Source: Dimorphilus gyrociliatus (lineage: Eukaryota; Animalia; Annelida). Taken from it: a stretch of DNA of 64,000 bases. Location: the NCBI GenBank assembly GCA_904063045.1, contig CAJFCJ010000036.1, positions 62,001 to 126,000 on the forward strand, written 5' to 3'. The translations under genes and the position numbers were made by a program. The number at the start of each line of letters is the position of its first letter. Position 1 is the first letter of the stretch. The notes beneath the pieces are model-generated. The model did not search any database and was not told the origin of the DNA. It worked only from the letters and a program-made list of their open reading frames with translations. Below, piece by piece: positions 1-13,003 of the stretch.

Positions 1-188
1 ATGGAGCTACTCTCCTCTCGTTTAACCTAATTTAATTCAAATACAACTTATCAACTTTTTGTTAGATACAATAGAAAATCATTTAAATTGATTTAATTCA
101 AAAATATTACTACTAGTTCTACTGCTGATGTATGTGAAAACATGATGGCAAACTATATGAATTTTTTGGTTTGTCATTTCAATTCCAA

Positions 189-434
189 TTACAGTAAGAA
201 AGATAGAATAATAATAACAATAAAAGTAAAACTGGAATTACAGGAATTGCCTGGAATGCTCCATTCACTGTATGTTTGTCTTGCAGAATAGAATGGGTTT
301 TTTTGTATAATTACAAGATTCCTCTCATCTGATTCAGATACCTTTTTGGGACAACCAGTTCTAGGTTTGTCTTCCATGGAAGAACATTCCATTGCCTTCT
401 TCAGGTTGTACCATACATACAGTACTATAGGCAA
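189..434 (-). mobile_element. Tc1/mariner transposase N-terminal (paired HTH) fragment
   Basis: ORF contains KPRTGCPKKVSESDERNLV..QKNPFYSARQ, matching the GRPKK..ER....NP..TA region of the intact Tc1 transposase at 35764-36762; truncated. Confidence 0.75.
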
Positions 435-1992
435 TTTGAAACTGCTTCGATATTTTTACATCGCTTAGCCCTCTTTTACTTAAGTCAACAATTTTCTCCC
501 TGATTTCAAGGCTTATCTTCACCATTTTATAACATTCTTCAAATTTTATGTTCTCTGATTGTGTAACACTTCTGAGTAAATGTCATAAAAAATTGTATTT
601 GGGTTTCTGTCTGATTATTATCTATTTTTTTGATAGAAACAGGGAACATAGCAGGAACTTACTATCCTTCATTTTGTTGAAAACTTTTAAGTAAAGATTA
701 CTGTGGAGTTAGAAAAATTTTGTAACAAGTTTTATCTATAAATTCGGTTGTATAAAGATCTTATCATTTAGTCTAAACAAAAAGATTTAATTAAGTATGT
801 CCTGTTAGTTAAATATTCACTTTTTCCAATCTAAGAACAACCTCTGTAAATAATGATTTCACTATATTTTCAAAAACAAAATAAAAACAAATTAGGAAAC
901 ATAATGAAAGGGAAATTGGTACATTTTCAAAATTTCATTGACCAATTAGTTTATATTCAAATAAATTTTTGTCTATAAAATTTCTTGTATTGTTTTATTG
1001 AAAATTGATGAAAAATCTATTGAGTTTGTAAACCAGAAATGTTTTCTAAAAAGCATTTTTGAGTAAGAGGAATTGCTTTGTTACTTCCTTTGTGTTTGGT
1101 AGTTAATGTTTATGAATTTTGAGTGAAAACTAAATCGAAGTTTTTGAATCAAACTTTGATTGAAAAGTCATTTTAGAGCTGTATTTTGCTTTAGATAGAG
1201 ATTGTATAAATTTCTGAGCAATATTTAGGCACTCTGAAGATCAATTCTAATGAAACATTCATTATTGATAGAGCTTTCATTGCAGCAGTTGGCATTGATA
1301 AAATTTTAAACGAATATTGTCTATCTGAACAATCTAGGAATGAACTGAAAATTACTAATACAATTTATAACAACTATACTGAAAAATGCACAGATATAGT
1401 GAAGAGAGGTCAGGACAGGTATTATACAGCTTAATTAGAGAACATGAAAGAAAAGAATCAAAATATGTACCTTGAAATGAGAAAAATTATTAAAAACTGG
1501 TACATTTTTTCTGAGTGAATGTGTAGTAAGTGTATAAATAAGGGGACGATTTAAATCCCTTATGGTTACGCTTTAACCCATGTACGGTTTCACCTGCTTC
1601 CTTCCCCCAACTGGATTGTAGTACTAATAACAATTTAAAAAAAATTTATTATAATACTAATATTTATTCATTTTCTGTCTAAAGCAGTTTTTTTTCTTAA
1701 GATGGTTCTAACTGGAAGTCCAAATGCAACAATATCAGTTTTTTCTTCTATATTAGTCTTTAATTTAATTGAAGTCAATTTTAAAAAGTATATTGCTGGT
1801 TCTGCACTTTTTTCTGTAACAGTAATGTGTTCTAAGTCAATATTTCCAGCTATTACAATTTTGAAAATATTAGAGTAAAAGTTTCAATAGACAGAACACT
1901 GTTTTGAAACACTAACCACAATCTATTTCATCTTTTCCATTATCACAGCCTTCTTTTAAATTGCATACATGCTGATAATATATTTGAGTATT

Positions 1993-2400
1993 TTAAGTAC
2001 AATTAAACATAAAATTCTCTGTACAATCAGCTTCATCAATAGAGTCTGTTCCTTGTTCAAAACCAAAATATTTACATAAAATATTTACTTCTCTACTCCT
2101 TAAATTGATGGGACACATTTTACGCCAAAAATTAAGATTATAAGCTTCTATATAGCCTTTTAATTCATTCAATTTCCAGAAGTGCCTCATGCTATGTACT
2201 TTGTTGTATTGTAATTGTAGGAATTTCTGCTTCTTCAGAACAATATTCGTCCTTTCCAATCATTTATCAATTTACCAAAGTACTGGTCCAATTAGAACCT
2301 TTCAAGTTCGTCCACAAATAGTCTTAACAAATGTAATTTCGGTAGAAATAATTCAACAAAATACCAGTATTTCGTCCAAAGAATATGTATTGAGTAAATG
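1993..2400 (-). pseudogene. Relic ectodomain exon(s) (SRCR-like) of the GRL101-like receptor family
   Basis: WRKMCPINLRSREVNILCKYFGFEQGT aligns with WLSIRSFSLKKREIDVVCRHFGFTSGT (gene A, 50172-50648) and YTLCPLYLRTKAVKLICQAMGFEDGT (gene B, 53848-54294); adjacent sequence has stops. Confidence 0.6.
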
Positions 2401-2735
2401 AGTTTCTAGTTCTAAACAAGTAAGTTTAAACAACCAGTTAATGGTTAAAGAACTGAACTGACAGGCTGGGGAAATGCATTTCCTTTTATACATTTCCAAA
2501 GCTTGGGTTCAAGTAGTCAAAGGATTACAAAGTTGAAATCTGATGGTCTCATAATTCTCATGTAACAAAAATATGAAAGACTGTTATATCACACATATAA
2601 AATATAATCCTAAGATTAGGACCACATGTCAAACATGTGCCGCAATAAACAGGCCTGCCTCATCAGCATCTGGTGTTCGACCTGCATCTTTCCCATGTTC
2701 TTTGTTCCTTTGTTAATTCCCAAGTAGCCACCATC

Positions 2736-2959
2736 TGTTACAGTCAAGAGTCTATTTCTTACGAAATAGAGTTCTTTTCTTAAGTATTAAAAGCTAACAC
2801 TATGAAATAAAAGTCTTTCTAAAGTTCCAGCACTATAATTCCTACGAAATATAAGTATTTCTATAGTTAATAGTCTAATTCTTATAAAATAGAAGTCTTT
2901 CTAATGTACCCTTATATCTAAAGTCTAAGTATTGATATATCATTATATCTAAGTGCACA
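2736..2959 (-). repeat. Putative LTR (~224 bp) of the Gypsy element
   Basis: On the minus strand a purine-rich tract AAAAGGGTGGGATATC precedes TGTGCAC...; the segment ends ...TGTAACA, followed by a PBS-like TGGTGGC. It contains internal imperfect repeats (GAAATA..AGTCTTTCTAA). No TSD found. Confidence 0.5.
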
Positions 2960-5622
2960 GATATCCCACCCTTTTAAGACCTTGCTTCCACGAAAGGTCT
3001 GGGACTTGTCACAATGACTCTATTACCTTCTTTTGAAAATGTTGGATAGTTTTTAAGAGGTATTGCTTCTTGGTCAATTTCCATAGTTGAGTATGTTGGG
3101 ATCTGTAAATCTTTTTGTTGTATACTTGGAGCTGTTGGTTTGGCTTTCCTTCTTTCTAAGTATTTCCAAATTCTTTTCCTAGTAAGTTTGCTACATCTTT
3201 TTTTATATGCGAAGTTCCAATAATAATTATTGTTGGAAATGCAATATTAATCAGCATTTTGGTTGGAGTTTTTAGCCATGATGAAAATAAATGTTGATGT
3301 GTTGACATACTTGAGTCAATTCCTAATTCATTAGCAAAGTTGATATGTTTGTTATAAGTTGGTGGTTTTCTTGTGATAGTTTTATTAACCCTATCTCTGT
3401 ATTCCTTCTTTTTCAAAGCAGATTTGCAGAGTGCAGTAGCTCTGATTTCTTCCATTTCATGCTTTCTATCAAGTAGGAATTTTGTTGTTGGTTCTAATCT
3501 TGGGATTTCCATCAATAAATCTAAAATGTTTCTATTCTTTAATCCAAATAATATTTCATGTGGTGTTTTTTTTACCATTTCTGTAAAAATTTCCCCAAGG
3601 AAATTCCTTCCTTGATCTGTAAGAACTTCTTCTGGAATACCAAATATTGGAAAATAGTTGAAAAATAAATGTTTGGAAATTTCTTCAGCTGTTTGAGTTT
3701 TTAGAGGGAATAGATTGGTGAATCTTGACATGTGATCTATAATCACAAGTATATATTTGTAAGAATCATGTCCAGTCAAAGGTCCCATTATGTCCATAGC
3801 AATTCTTTGCATTGGTAGAGTTGGATGAGGTGTTTCAACCAACAAGTGTTTGTTGCCTGGTGCTCTTAATTGCTCACAAAATTCGCAATTCTTTATGTGG
3901 TCTTTAATTGTCTTCTTTAATTTTGAATGCCAGAAGGCTTGTTCTAAGGTATGAATTGTTATATCAACACTATAATGTTGAAATAGCTGATGTTGATGAA
4001 TTTGTCCAAGTAGGTTGGTTAAAGTTGATAGTGGTATTACAAGTAGTGGTTGACAACCATCTAAATACCATACCAGATCCTCTTTAACAAACATATTTTC
4101 AATGAAGTTTTTATATTCATACGATGTTCCAGTATCAATATTTTGTCCTTCCAATTTGTCTACAACTTTCATCAGTGGAGTATCCAAAAGTTGTTCTGTA
4201 TAGAAGTCTATTTTAACAGTTGTAGTTTTTAGTTTCATAACTTTCAATTGGTTTTCAATTGTTTCTTCATCATACTCATCATCTAAATTATCATCTAAGC
4301 AATCATCTAATTCTTCCAGATCTTCTGTATCAATATAAAAGCATTTAAGCATGTCTTTTCTTTCTGCTAGCTGAGGAACTGTATTGCCATTCTGTTTTTC
4401 TTGATTCAGTCTGTCTTTTAGTAAGTTGAGAAAATCAATTACTTCATCAGTTTCTCCAATTCTTGATACCCAGTCTGCAAACATATCTGCATCTTTTATC
4501 TTCTGAATCTTTTCTGGATCAGTTTCAATACCATTTTGTGTAATCTTATGACCAAGAAATTGTACTGATTCCTGTAAGAAAGCACACTTGCTTGGTTTGA
4601 TTCTGAAATCTTTTTCTTTAATTCTTTCTATTAGTTTTTGTAAAGCTATGTAGTGTTCTTCTAATGTTTTAGTAAACACAATAATGTCATCCATATAATT
4701 AATGCAAAAATTTTCTAATCCATTAATTACAAAATTTGTCATAATATAACTAAAGTGTAAAGGTGCATTTGCCAAACCAAAAGGCATTTGATTGAATTCA
4801 AACAGTCCAAATGGTGTAATAAAAGCAGTTTTTTCTTTGTCCTCTTCCTTGATGGGGATGTGGTGAAATGCACTTGTCAAATCTAATATGGAAAAGTATT
4901 TGTGGCCTCCTCCAAGCTTATCAAATAAATCTTCGCGGTGTTGGGATTGGATAGCAATTCTTTTTTGATTGCTTGTTAAGTTTTCTGTAATCCACAGACA
5001 TTCTCAATGTTCCTTCTTTCTTTTTAACAAAAACAATTGGTGAAGCCCATTGACTTTTACTTGATCTAATTAGTCCATTTTCCAATAAACCATTGAGTTG
5101 ATCCCTACATTCCTGTTGTTTATTGGGTGGTAATCTATAAGGCCTTTGTTTAAAAGGTTTTACATCTTCCAATAATTCAATTGCCATTGGTGGAACATCT
5201 GGTGAACCAATGTCATTCTGATTTGTAGCAATAATGTCTTCATAATTCTTTATCATTTCTTTTAATTCTTCTCTGTTCTTGTCAAGATTATTTTTGGACT
5301 CATGTAAATAATTGTCAGTTTCTAATGTATTTGAATTAATATTGTGTACATTTAGATTAGACAAATGTTTAAATTCAATACTTTCCAACTGTAATTCTTC
5401 TATTTCAGGAGTTACTGAATTTTTCTTTTGTTCTTTTTCCACTTTGATAGTTATTCCATCTTCTAATTCTATATATTGTGGTTTCACTTCCATTTCCATA
5501 GCCAAATCTTCAGATATAATTTCAGTTTCTTCTTCAGAAGAATTTACGAGAATAACAGAGTCATTGTCAGACTTAGGTGTGTTTTCACAGAAGACTTCTA
5601 TATCATTATATCTAAGTGCACA
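2960..5622 (-). mobile_element. Ty3/Gypsy LTR retrotransposon, internally deleted pol (RT, RNase H remnant, integrase)
   Basis: RT motifs PFKQRPYRLP, SQWASPIVFVKKK, VDYRKLN, FNQMPFGLANAP and YMDDII; integrase zinc finger (H..H...C..C) and core IAMDIMGPL, LTDQGRNF. RT jumps directly to ADWVSR (end of RNase H) and the integrase core is truncated; frameshift near 4900. Confidence 0.92.
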
Positions 5623-5699
5623 TGCTAAATAATTTTTTAAGTTATTTCTATAAATTAGGCTATATTTTTCTTCTAATTGACTTAATTTCAATGCAAAAA

Positions 5700-5990
5700 T
5701 ATCTTTAAAAAAATTACAATTATTAGAGAATTCTCTGCAAAAAAGCTTACAAGATGATTTCCCTTTAAAGCATTTTAAACAAAAATATCTTGCATTGTCA
5801 TAATGGAAATTTTATCTATCAAAACTGAAAAAACAGAATTATATATGCATTTTTAGTATTAAAGCTGTTTCAAATTGTCCCAATTCTAACACAGTTTCCT
5901 TCACTGAATACTTTGTTGCCCTGATTAACATTTTCTCTTACTGCAATTTTAATAATGCTTACAAATAACAACAATGTGTTTTTGAAGATT
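5700..5990 (-). pseudogene. Upstream relic of the GRL101-like receptor gene interrupted by the Gypsy element
   Basis: Minus strand 5790-5746 reads RYFCLKCFKGKSSCK, matching FCMKCYKKTSPC (gene A) and FCIKCFKSTNPC (gene B); surrounded by stops. Confidence 0.5.
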
Positions 5991-6076
5991 TTCTATAAAA
6001 ATGTCTATAACACCTGGAGAGGAAAAAGCTGTAATTGAAATCTAAAATTTGATGATACAAAACCGTTAGTTTTATG

Positions 6077-6262
6077 GGGGTCGACAGAAAATGTCCACAA
6101 ATGAGAAATTTCAAGACTAGATTTTGGATAAAGAAATGGTTTGGAAGAAGAAGATAGCAACTGATTTGTAGTTAGGAGGATCTCCTCTAAGGGTTAGGGG
6201 TAAGGGAAAAAGTTAGATACAGACAGAGGGCTGGGTTAGGGTTAGGGTAAAAGCACTGATTT
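6077..6262 (+). mobile_element. Truncated MITE copy (GGGGTCGACAGAAAA family, TTAGGG-containing)
   Basis: High identity to 15862-16068 from the left TIR to AAAGCACTGATTT; the right TIR is missing. Confidence 0.85.
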
Positions 6263-7249
6263 TATAATATGAATAGACAAATTCTTTCCATTATTCTGAC
6301 ATTCAGAGGCAACCATTAGTGGCGATTTGTAAAAAAATGTAAACAGTGATAGAATCACATATAATTTCATATTCTGTTACAGAGAGAAAAAAAATTGAGC
6401 GTATTTAAATATTAGAAAAATGTACTTTTTTAAAAAACAAAAGATGATTCTTGAAGAATTTTTTCTTTTCTAATAGTTTGTTATGTCTTTCAAATGTTCA
6501 CTAACTATTAGCTATTCATTAATTACTTTTAAATAATTTCCAGTTCAATGCAACAGTATCTATTTTTAAAAAAAAACTACAAGAAATTCTCAATTATTAT
6601 TGTCATTTTCTTACAATCTATTTCAACTTTATCACAAAAGAAAGTAATTTATTAGCATTTCGTCATTTGGGTGATAAGAGGCTGACATGTTTTATAGGTG
6701 AATTGAATATATCAGAGTTGACAGAAAATTTCAAGGCTAAATTTTGGATTGGAAATTATTTGGGAGAATTATCTCTAATTAACATTGTTGTTTAGGGAGA
6801 TCTCAATCAATTACAACCCAAGAAGGATCTTAGAGTGAATGCTTCTTATTTAGGATTACAGTTGGATTGATGATTTCCAATGGGGAATATTCTTTAATCT
6901 ATAGAAGGATCTCTTTACTTGTTGATGCAAAAAAAGATAAAATAAATTTTTTTGGCTTATTCAACTATTATGACATATCCATTCATCAATTATTAATGCA
7001 GCCATTTTGATTTTCACTATTATAGTCCTGAATATTTGAGAATAAAGAGACAAAACAAGACGAAGGAAAGATGATAGAGGGTGCTAAATAATAAAGATTT
7101 ATAGTAATAATCTTTTCTTTGCATAAAGGAATTGTACAAAAGATTGACTTGAAAACTTTTTATTTAAAAATCTTTGAATTTTTTAACGGTTTGCCGTAAA
7201 GATTAAGTTTTATCATAGATAAAAGATAGAGAGAAAGAGAGAAAGAGAG

Positions 7250-8522
7250 AAAGAGAAAGAAACCAACATGAATATTTTTCATTTCTGTTGCCGCCATTTT
7301 TGTTTAAATCAAAATCCATATAGGAAACAAAACGAGTAAATTTGATTTCCTCCACATTACATGTCATTTTAAATTTAATATTTTGTTTACCATTTAGGTT
7401 GTTGTCTTTGTTTCTTTCTAAATGATAAACCATTTCTACTTCCGGTGAAAATAGTCTTTTGACTTTATGCCTAGTTTTAAATATATCTCTCTCTTCGCTA
7501 ACTCTGAAAGAAGAAAGAAGGTAAAGCTGTTCACACTGTCCAACTAGTTTAATGTTACACTAACTGACAATCTCCACCATCTTCAGAGTTTATATGAAAA
7601 ATGAAAGAGTCGGGTTTAACAGAAATTCCTGATATTGTGACAATCGCTTTTTTTGAATCTGTAAAAATACAATAAAAGAATTTAAAGGATATTTAATAAT
7701 ATTTGAAAAAGTTCACTTTTATCGACAATTACAACTGGAAATTTCATCTTTTCTTCATGTTTGTCCAATTGGTCAATACATTTAACCGTAATATCTGTTG
7801 TCAAAGTTCCTTCAACATTTGCAGCATTAAATGATAGAGTTAAACTTTCTCGATTCAGAACTGTATGATTCCTTTTCATTGTTGAAATAAGGGATTTATC
7901 TTCCATGTGAACGCTGCACAAAGCAGAACCTCTGAATGCGTCAACAGATACTTTCAAAGGTCTATGATTAGCTGACATATCGGGATATACAAAACCAGGA
8001 AATGTAAAGGTTGATACTAGTGCTTCAGATTTTGTTACTAAAAAACAATCCAATGTATTTATGAGATGAGACTAAACTGTTTTTTATTACCATTATTATC
8101 ATCATCAATAACTTTAAAATTCTGTTCAACTGTTCCAATTACTGGGCATACCAATTTCATCTTGTATTCATGATCTCCAGAGAAAACATCGTCATTTTCC
8201 GCCTTTACTCTTAAACTAATCGTATTATCTGTATATCGAACTTCATGTGTGACTGAATTAGATTTTGGGCTAATAGAGACCTCCCTAAAATCCAATTTGG
8301 CTATTTATGAATATGAAAAATAGACATATAAAAGATAACTTACGTGCATTCAGAAGTTCTTTTCTTTTCCAAATAACAAGCGAGAATAGATAAACGTTCA
8401 TTTTCATACATTTCATCCAGAAATGTACAAAATGAATCATCATTTTTAATGACACTCACTTTGGCCGAAATGGAAGAGAAGTACAGAAAAAGTAGACAAA
8501 AATTTGTAAATTTCATCATCAA
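7250..8522 (-). CDS. Multi-exon secreted/surface protein with divergent cadherin-like beta-sandwich repeats
   Basis: Signal-peptide-like MMMKFTNFCLLFLYFSSISA, then exons ending in cadherin-like linkers (FKVIDDDNNG, VVIVDKSE, YMDFDLNKNG). Exon chain only partly resolved; the 3' end is uncertain. Confidence 0.45.
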
Positions 8523-9039
8523 ACAAAGTCAAATTTACAACTGAAACGCTTCAAGACAGAAATTGTATTTACAGAATGGTTAATATGTTGGAATTTCCAA
8601 TAGCGGTTTTTCGAAAACGAGACGATTGTTGCTATGGAATTATCAATATTTGCTCCATTTCTCGAATACGCTATCAGTTTACTTTAGCTTTCGGCTCATT
8701 TGCAATTTATGAGTTTGTTTGATTTTATTTTGCATTTTTATGTGAATTGACAAAACAGTCAGAAAAAAGATCAAAAAAAGTAAAAAATTCTTTAAAGTGT
8801 TTAATGATTCTCCTTTACAAATATTATAAAATCTACTTCCCACCCTTTCATTCAAACAATATGTTAGAGAACTTCCAGATCTCTAGAGTTAAATGTGATA
8901 TTACAGTTGGGGGTCATACACATACATATATATAAACATGTCTTTATGCATACTATGTATTAAATCTCGTGTAATACGCTACGAGATTGAATCTAATACC
9001 AATTAGTAGTCAATTAGAATACAGCAACCGTTTGATATG

Positions 9040-9390
9040 GTTACATTCAGTAAATTATATCGTTTTGTAATCGTAGAAGAACCGATCTTCAACACAATAA
9101 AGCATTGTTTTCATCTGATGATTTACGGATAAAGTTTGATTTTTTGTTAGTTTTTCAATTGGTTTTTCCAGTCTATTCTTTGGTGGGTGAATAGTATAAT
9201 TCTCTTTCTGTGTTACCTTTTCCCTGCACTCTGAACAGGAAATTTGGTTTTTTTGCGATTGGTAATTGATTTAAACAGTTGCAGCCAAAAGTATTTTGAC
9301 ATTGAAAGACTCTTTGATCACTTTCCAGCCAAGTGTGTTTGCAAATAGGGCACTGAAATTCTCTTTGTAGTCTTAAACTCTTTCTTCTTG
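9040..9390 (-). pseudogene. TRIM-like RING + B-box relic
   Basis: REFQCPICKHTW...FQCQNTFGCNCLNQL, then after a frameshift QISCSECREK, then a B-box-like NHQMKTMLYCVED...ECNH. Confidence 0.6.
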
Positions 9391-10111
9391 AGGGAAGCTA
9401 TTTAGTAACCTGTTATCTATTTATTACTAATTGATCGTTGTCAAATTTTTTTGTCACTTTATTGATCACATTATATGTTTTTAAGATTATAAAATGGTTT
9501 CAAATATAAATTTGTAAACGTATATTGCGGTGAAAGTTCAGAAGATGCTGTACAGGAAGCGTTTCTGCCTATCGACGCTATATTTATAAGATTGCCAAAA
9601 AATCTTTCCTAAAAAACAAATTTAAAGTTTTCAAGAGTTCTCTAAATCTAGAATTATCCAAATTTTCCAAATAAATATTATACAATTAGTCTTTTAGACA
9701 AATGCTTTGTTTTTTAAAACAATAGATATAACTATAAAAATCCTTCTAAATGTGATAATGACTCCATTTATAGAACATTTTTAATTTCTTAAGCTGTTAA
9801 ATGTACTTGACAAATCAATGATAAGTTTTTTATAAACAATGAATAAATTCAAAATATCAATTTGTTAATCGATTTTAATAAAAAACTTGAATAGTAAATT
9901 AATTTGTTTAAAGTTCAAAAATCTAAAAAAAAGAAAAGGTCCATTTTTCGCAAAGTGTTTGATCAATTTATAGAATTTACATTTTCTTAAAAGAACGTTG
10001 TTTATCATTTATCCCAGCCTTTACAAAATAGGATTCATAATGAATAAACCTTTAATCTTTCTATTCCTGTGGTTTGGTTTGTATAGTAAATAAATCATTC
10101 TTTTTTTTTTG

Positions 10112-12290
10112 ATGAATATTTTAATGTTTTATTTTATTTTAGATTCAATTACTCAGGTAATTTTGATGAATTTAGCAAGAGGAAAGTTATCTTTTCAGAG
10201 CTCTACACAAGGAAGTAATATTAATCCCAGTATACCTCAATTTGCTGTTGACAATAATATTAATATTTCATTAACCAATGCAAGTATTTAAATATATAAA
10301 AACTGGTTCGAAAAAATATATAAAATTGATTTTATTAGCCTGAACACTGTTCAAGTACTGACAATGATAATCTGGCGGCCTCTTGGTGGTCTGTTGATCT
10401 TGAAAATGAATATAGAATTACTGAAGTATGTCTTTTGAATATAGATCATAGCCGTTGTAAGTAAAGCTATCAAAGAAAATAAATTGGGACACCATACTTA
10501 ATTTTTATCTTGAAATTATTTTAGCTGTTGATTTAAAAGAATTCTATATTTTAATTGGCAACTATCCAAATGATAATAAAACTATATGCAATTATGTGTC
10601 TAGTCCAGTAAAGAGGCCAATTTCAACTGATATTTCACAGTATGATTGCTATTCCTGCAATGAGGGATCCATTGGTTCATTTCTGACTATTCAGTTAACA
10701 ACAATCAATAAAAAGTTAATATTATGCGACGTAGATGTTCATGGAAGTTTAATTAATGTTAATAGAGGTGTAAAGGCGAATTTTTAATCAAGTTTTAAAA
10801 CTTTGAATAATAAATTTGTGTTTTTTTTCTAAAAACATAATAAAAAGGTGTTGAATTATTAAATATGAGCAAAATTAAAACAACGACTGGCGGCCATCTT
10901 GGAAATGCAAAAAAAGAGAATGCGTATGATAATGATTATAAAACATTATTCCATTCAAGAAATGGTCTTTTAAAACCATATTTTTTAATTGATGCTATTC
11001 AAACATTTAAAGTACACAGAGTAATTATTGTTTCATTATACAATGATGGTTTGTTGTCAAATATTGACTTTTTGTTCCATTCCTATTTTTCGTTTTAACA
11101 GATTATCATAAAAGATTTCAAAGAGCTTTTATTTCCGTTAAACACATTCCGGAAACGGATTTAAATTTAAATAGTAAATTTTGCATTATGAATTTTTCTG
11201 GACAATTTCGAACAAGTTTTGAATTATTCAATATTGAATGTAATCCTATTCTTACTGGAAGGTATATAGTTGTCCATCACAATGTAAGTAAGATACCAAA
11301 CAAATTTTTAGAAATGATGGAAATATATGCCTATGTTTCAAAAATTTATGAAAATCAACCGGCAGGTTTGCACCTAATAAAAAGTTATTGAAAATATTTA
11401 GGAAATTTCAATACAAGAATCGTTTTTTTTTTAAAATAGAAATTGGACATAATTTTAAATCATACATTACTGAGGCAAAATTGAATAATGTTGTACTACC
11501 AAGTAATCAATTATCATTCTTAAAAGATGATATCTATTTTATTAATGATCATATTGGAAAGATAAATTTAAAAAATGATGATATTCTTAAGATAACTACA
11601 AATCTTATTCATCTAAATTATATTTGTTTAAGAGGTTAATAAGTTTACTTTTTTTTGAAATTTACAGTTTCTTTTTTAAATTTAAATTTAAATTTTTTAT
11701 ATTTCAATAGTTTTTCAATCTGTAAATATAACACATGAATTTGAAATAGAAATAGCAAATTTTCTAAATAATTCAACAATTGAACAACAAATAACAAGAG
11801 ATTTCAAAAACTCTCATACAATTTGTGTAAAATTCAATTTCACGTTGACGAAACAAATACGAATTATATCTAAAAATAGCCAAGGATTAGGAGAAGTTGA
11901 TCTTATTGCAGTTTCAACTTTAACTCAGAAAAGTTAGTAGCAAAAAAGATATTCTTCAATTTTTTTGTTTTTTTGTTTTTTACAGATTTGCCTGTTTGCT
12001 TTCAAACAATTGATAAATGGGCCTATTCTGTTTCTTTATTACAACAGAACTCTCAATTATATATCTATATTCTATTGGAAATTGTTGATAGAAATGAAGA
12101 AATTATTGTTTATCATTTGAAAACAGCTACTTATAACAAATTTTTAAGTTTATGCTCAAAAGTACAAATTCAAGATAACAGTTGGATGTTAAGAAATTAT
12201 CAACTATTTCTTTGTAAAAAGCTTGATGGCTCTATTGTAATTACTTCCTACCAGTTAAGGAAAATTGTAACAGCTTTACATATTTTTTAA
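10112..12290 (+). CDS. Secreted tandem F-type lectin (fucolectin/FTP, discoidin-fold) domain protein
   Basis: NLARGKLSFQSST..AVDNN, HCSSTDND..SWWSVDLENEYRITEV.LLN, GSFLTIQL..LILCDVDVHG; second domain AYDNDYKTLFHS..PYFLID..GRYIVVH..LEMMEIYAY; short GT-AG introns. The 3' exons (11388-12290) are less certain. Confidence 0.75.
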
Positions 12291-13003
12291 GCTATGTTTA
12301 CTGTTATTATTATTCAACAATAGATAAAAATTGCAATAGAGTGTTTGTGTTAATTAAATATTTATCAGGCCTAGGTTATTCTTAAAATAAAATCTTTCTC
12401 CATAAGCAACTTACCCATATCAATTCTTAATTTTCTTTAAATCTTTGCTTAAAACACTTGAAGAGAGCGATAATGGCAATTTGTCTGATGTAATATATAC
12501 ATCTTGTAATTTGTTGTTTTGTCTTTTATAAATTACTGTAATTTTAATTAATTCAATTAATAATGAATTAAAATGAGTTCTTTTATTCATGTAGCAGAAT
12601 CTTTGTGGTATAGCTGGAAAGGCAAAAGTAATATCTATATATTGATCAGTACAATTATGAAGTGCGCATGATGATGACCGCTCATTATTGAAAGTTCTAT
12701 CCAGAGCATTTTCACAGCCAAAATCATCCTTTGCAGTAGACGATGTACAATTTGCTCAGAAAAATATTTATGAGCATATCAATCAATTGCTACTATGACG
12801 GGGTCAAAAGAGAACGTCCTTAAAGGTTAGATGGTCAAAAGAGTATAAAAATATTACAGTTAACTCTACAAACACTAAATAACGTAAATAGCCACCAATA
12901 TTCATTATATATGATTAATACAGCCTGTAGAAAAATTCTTGCATGAATATAAAATAAGACAACAAAAAGTTGGTTGCTAAGGAAAGTTTATTAATAGGTT
13001 CAT

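Noticed and set aside
1100-1500. Coding-like plus-strand stretch; similar stretches at 16250-17460 and 44800-45400
   Set aside because: Interrupted frames with no recognisable domain; cannot be supported without a homology search.
3373-5632. Plus-strand ORFs opposite Gypsy pol
   Set aside because: Antisense to a clear retrotransposon ORF; no motifs.
12590-12780. Possible discoidin/FTP-like exon relic on the minus strand (ANCTSST..GCENALD..)
   Set aside because: Single short segment with no resolvable gene structure.
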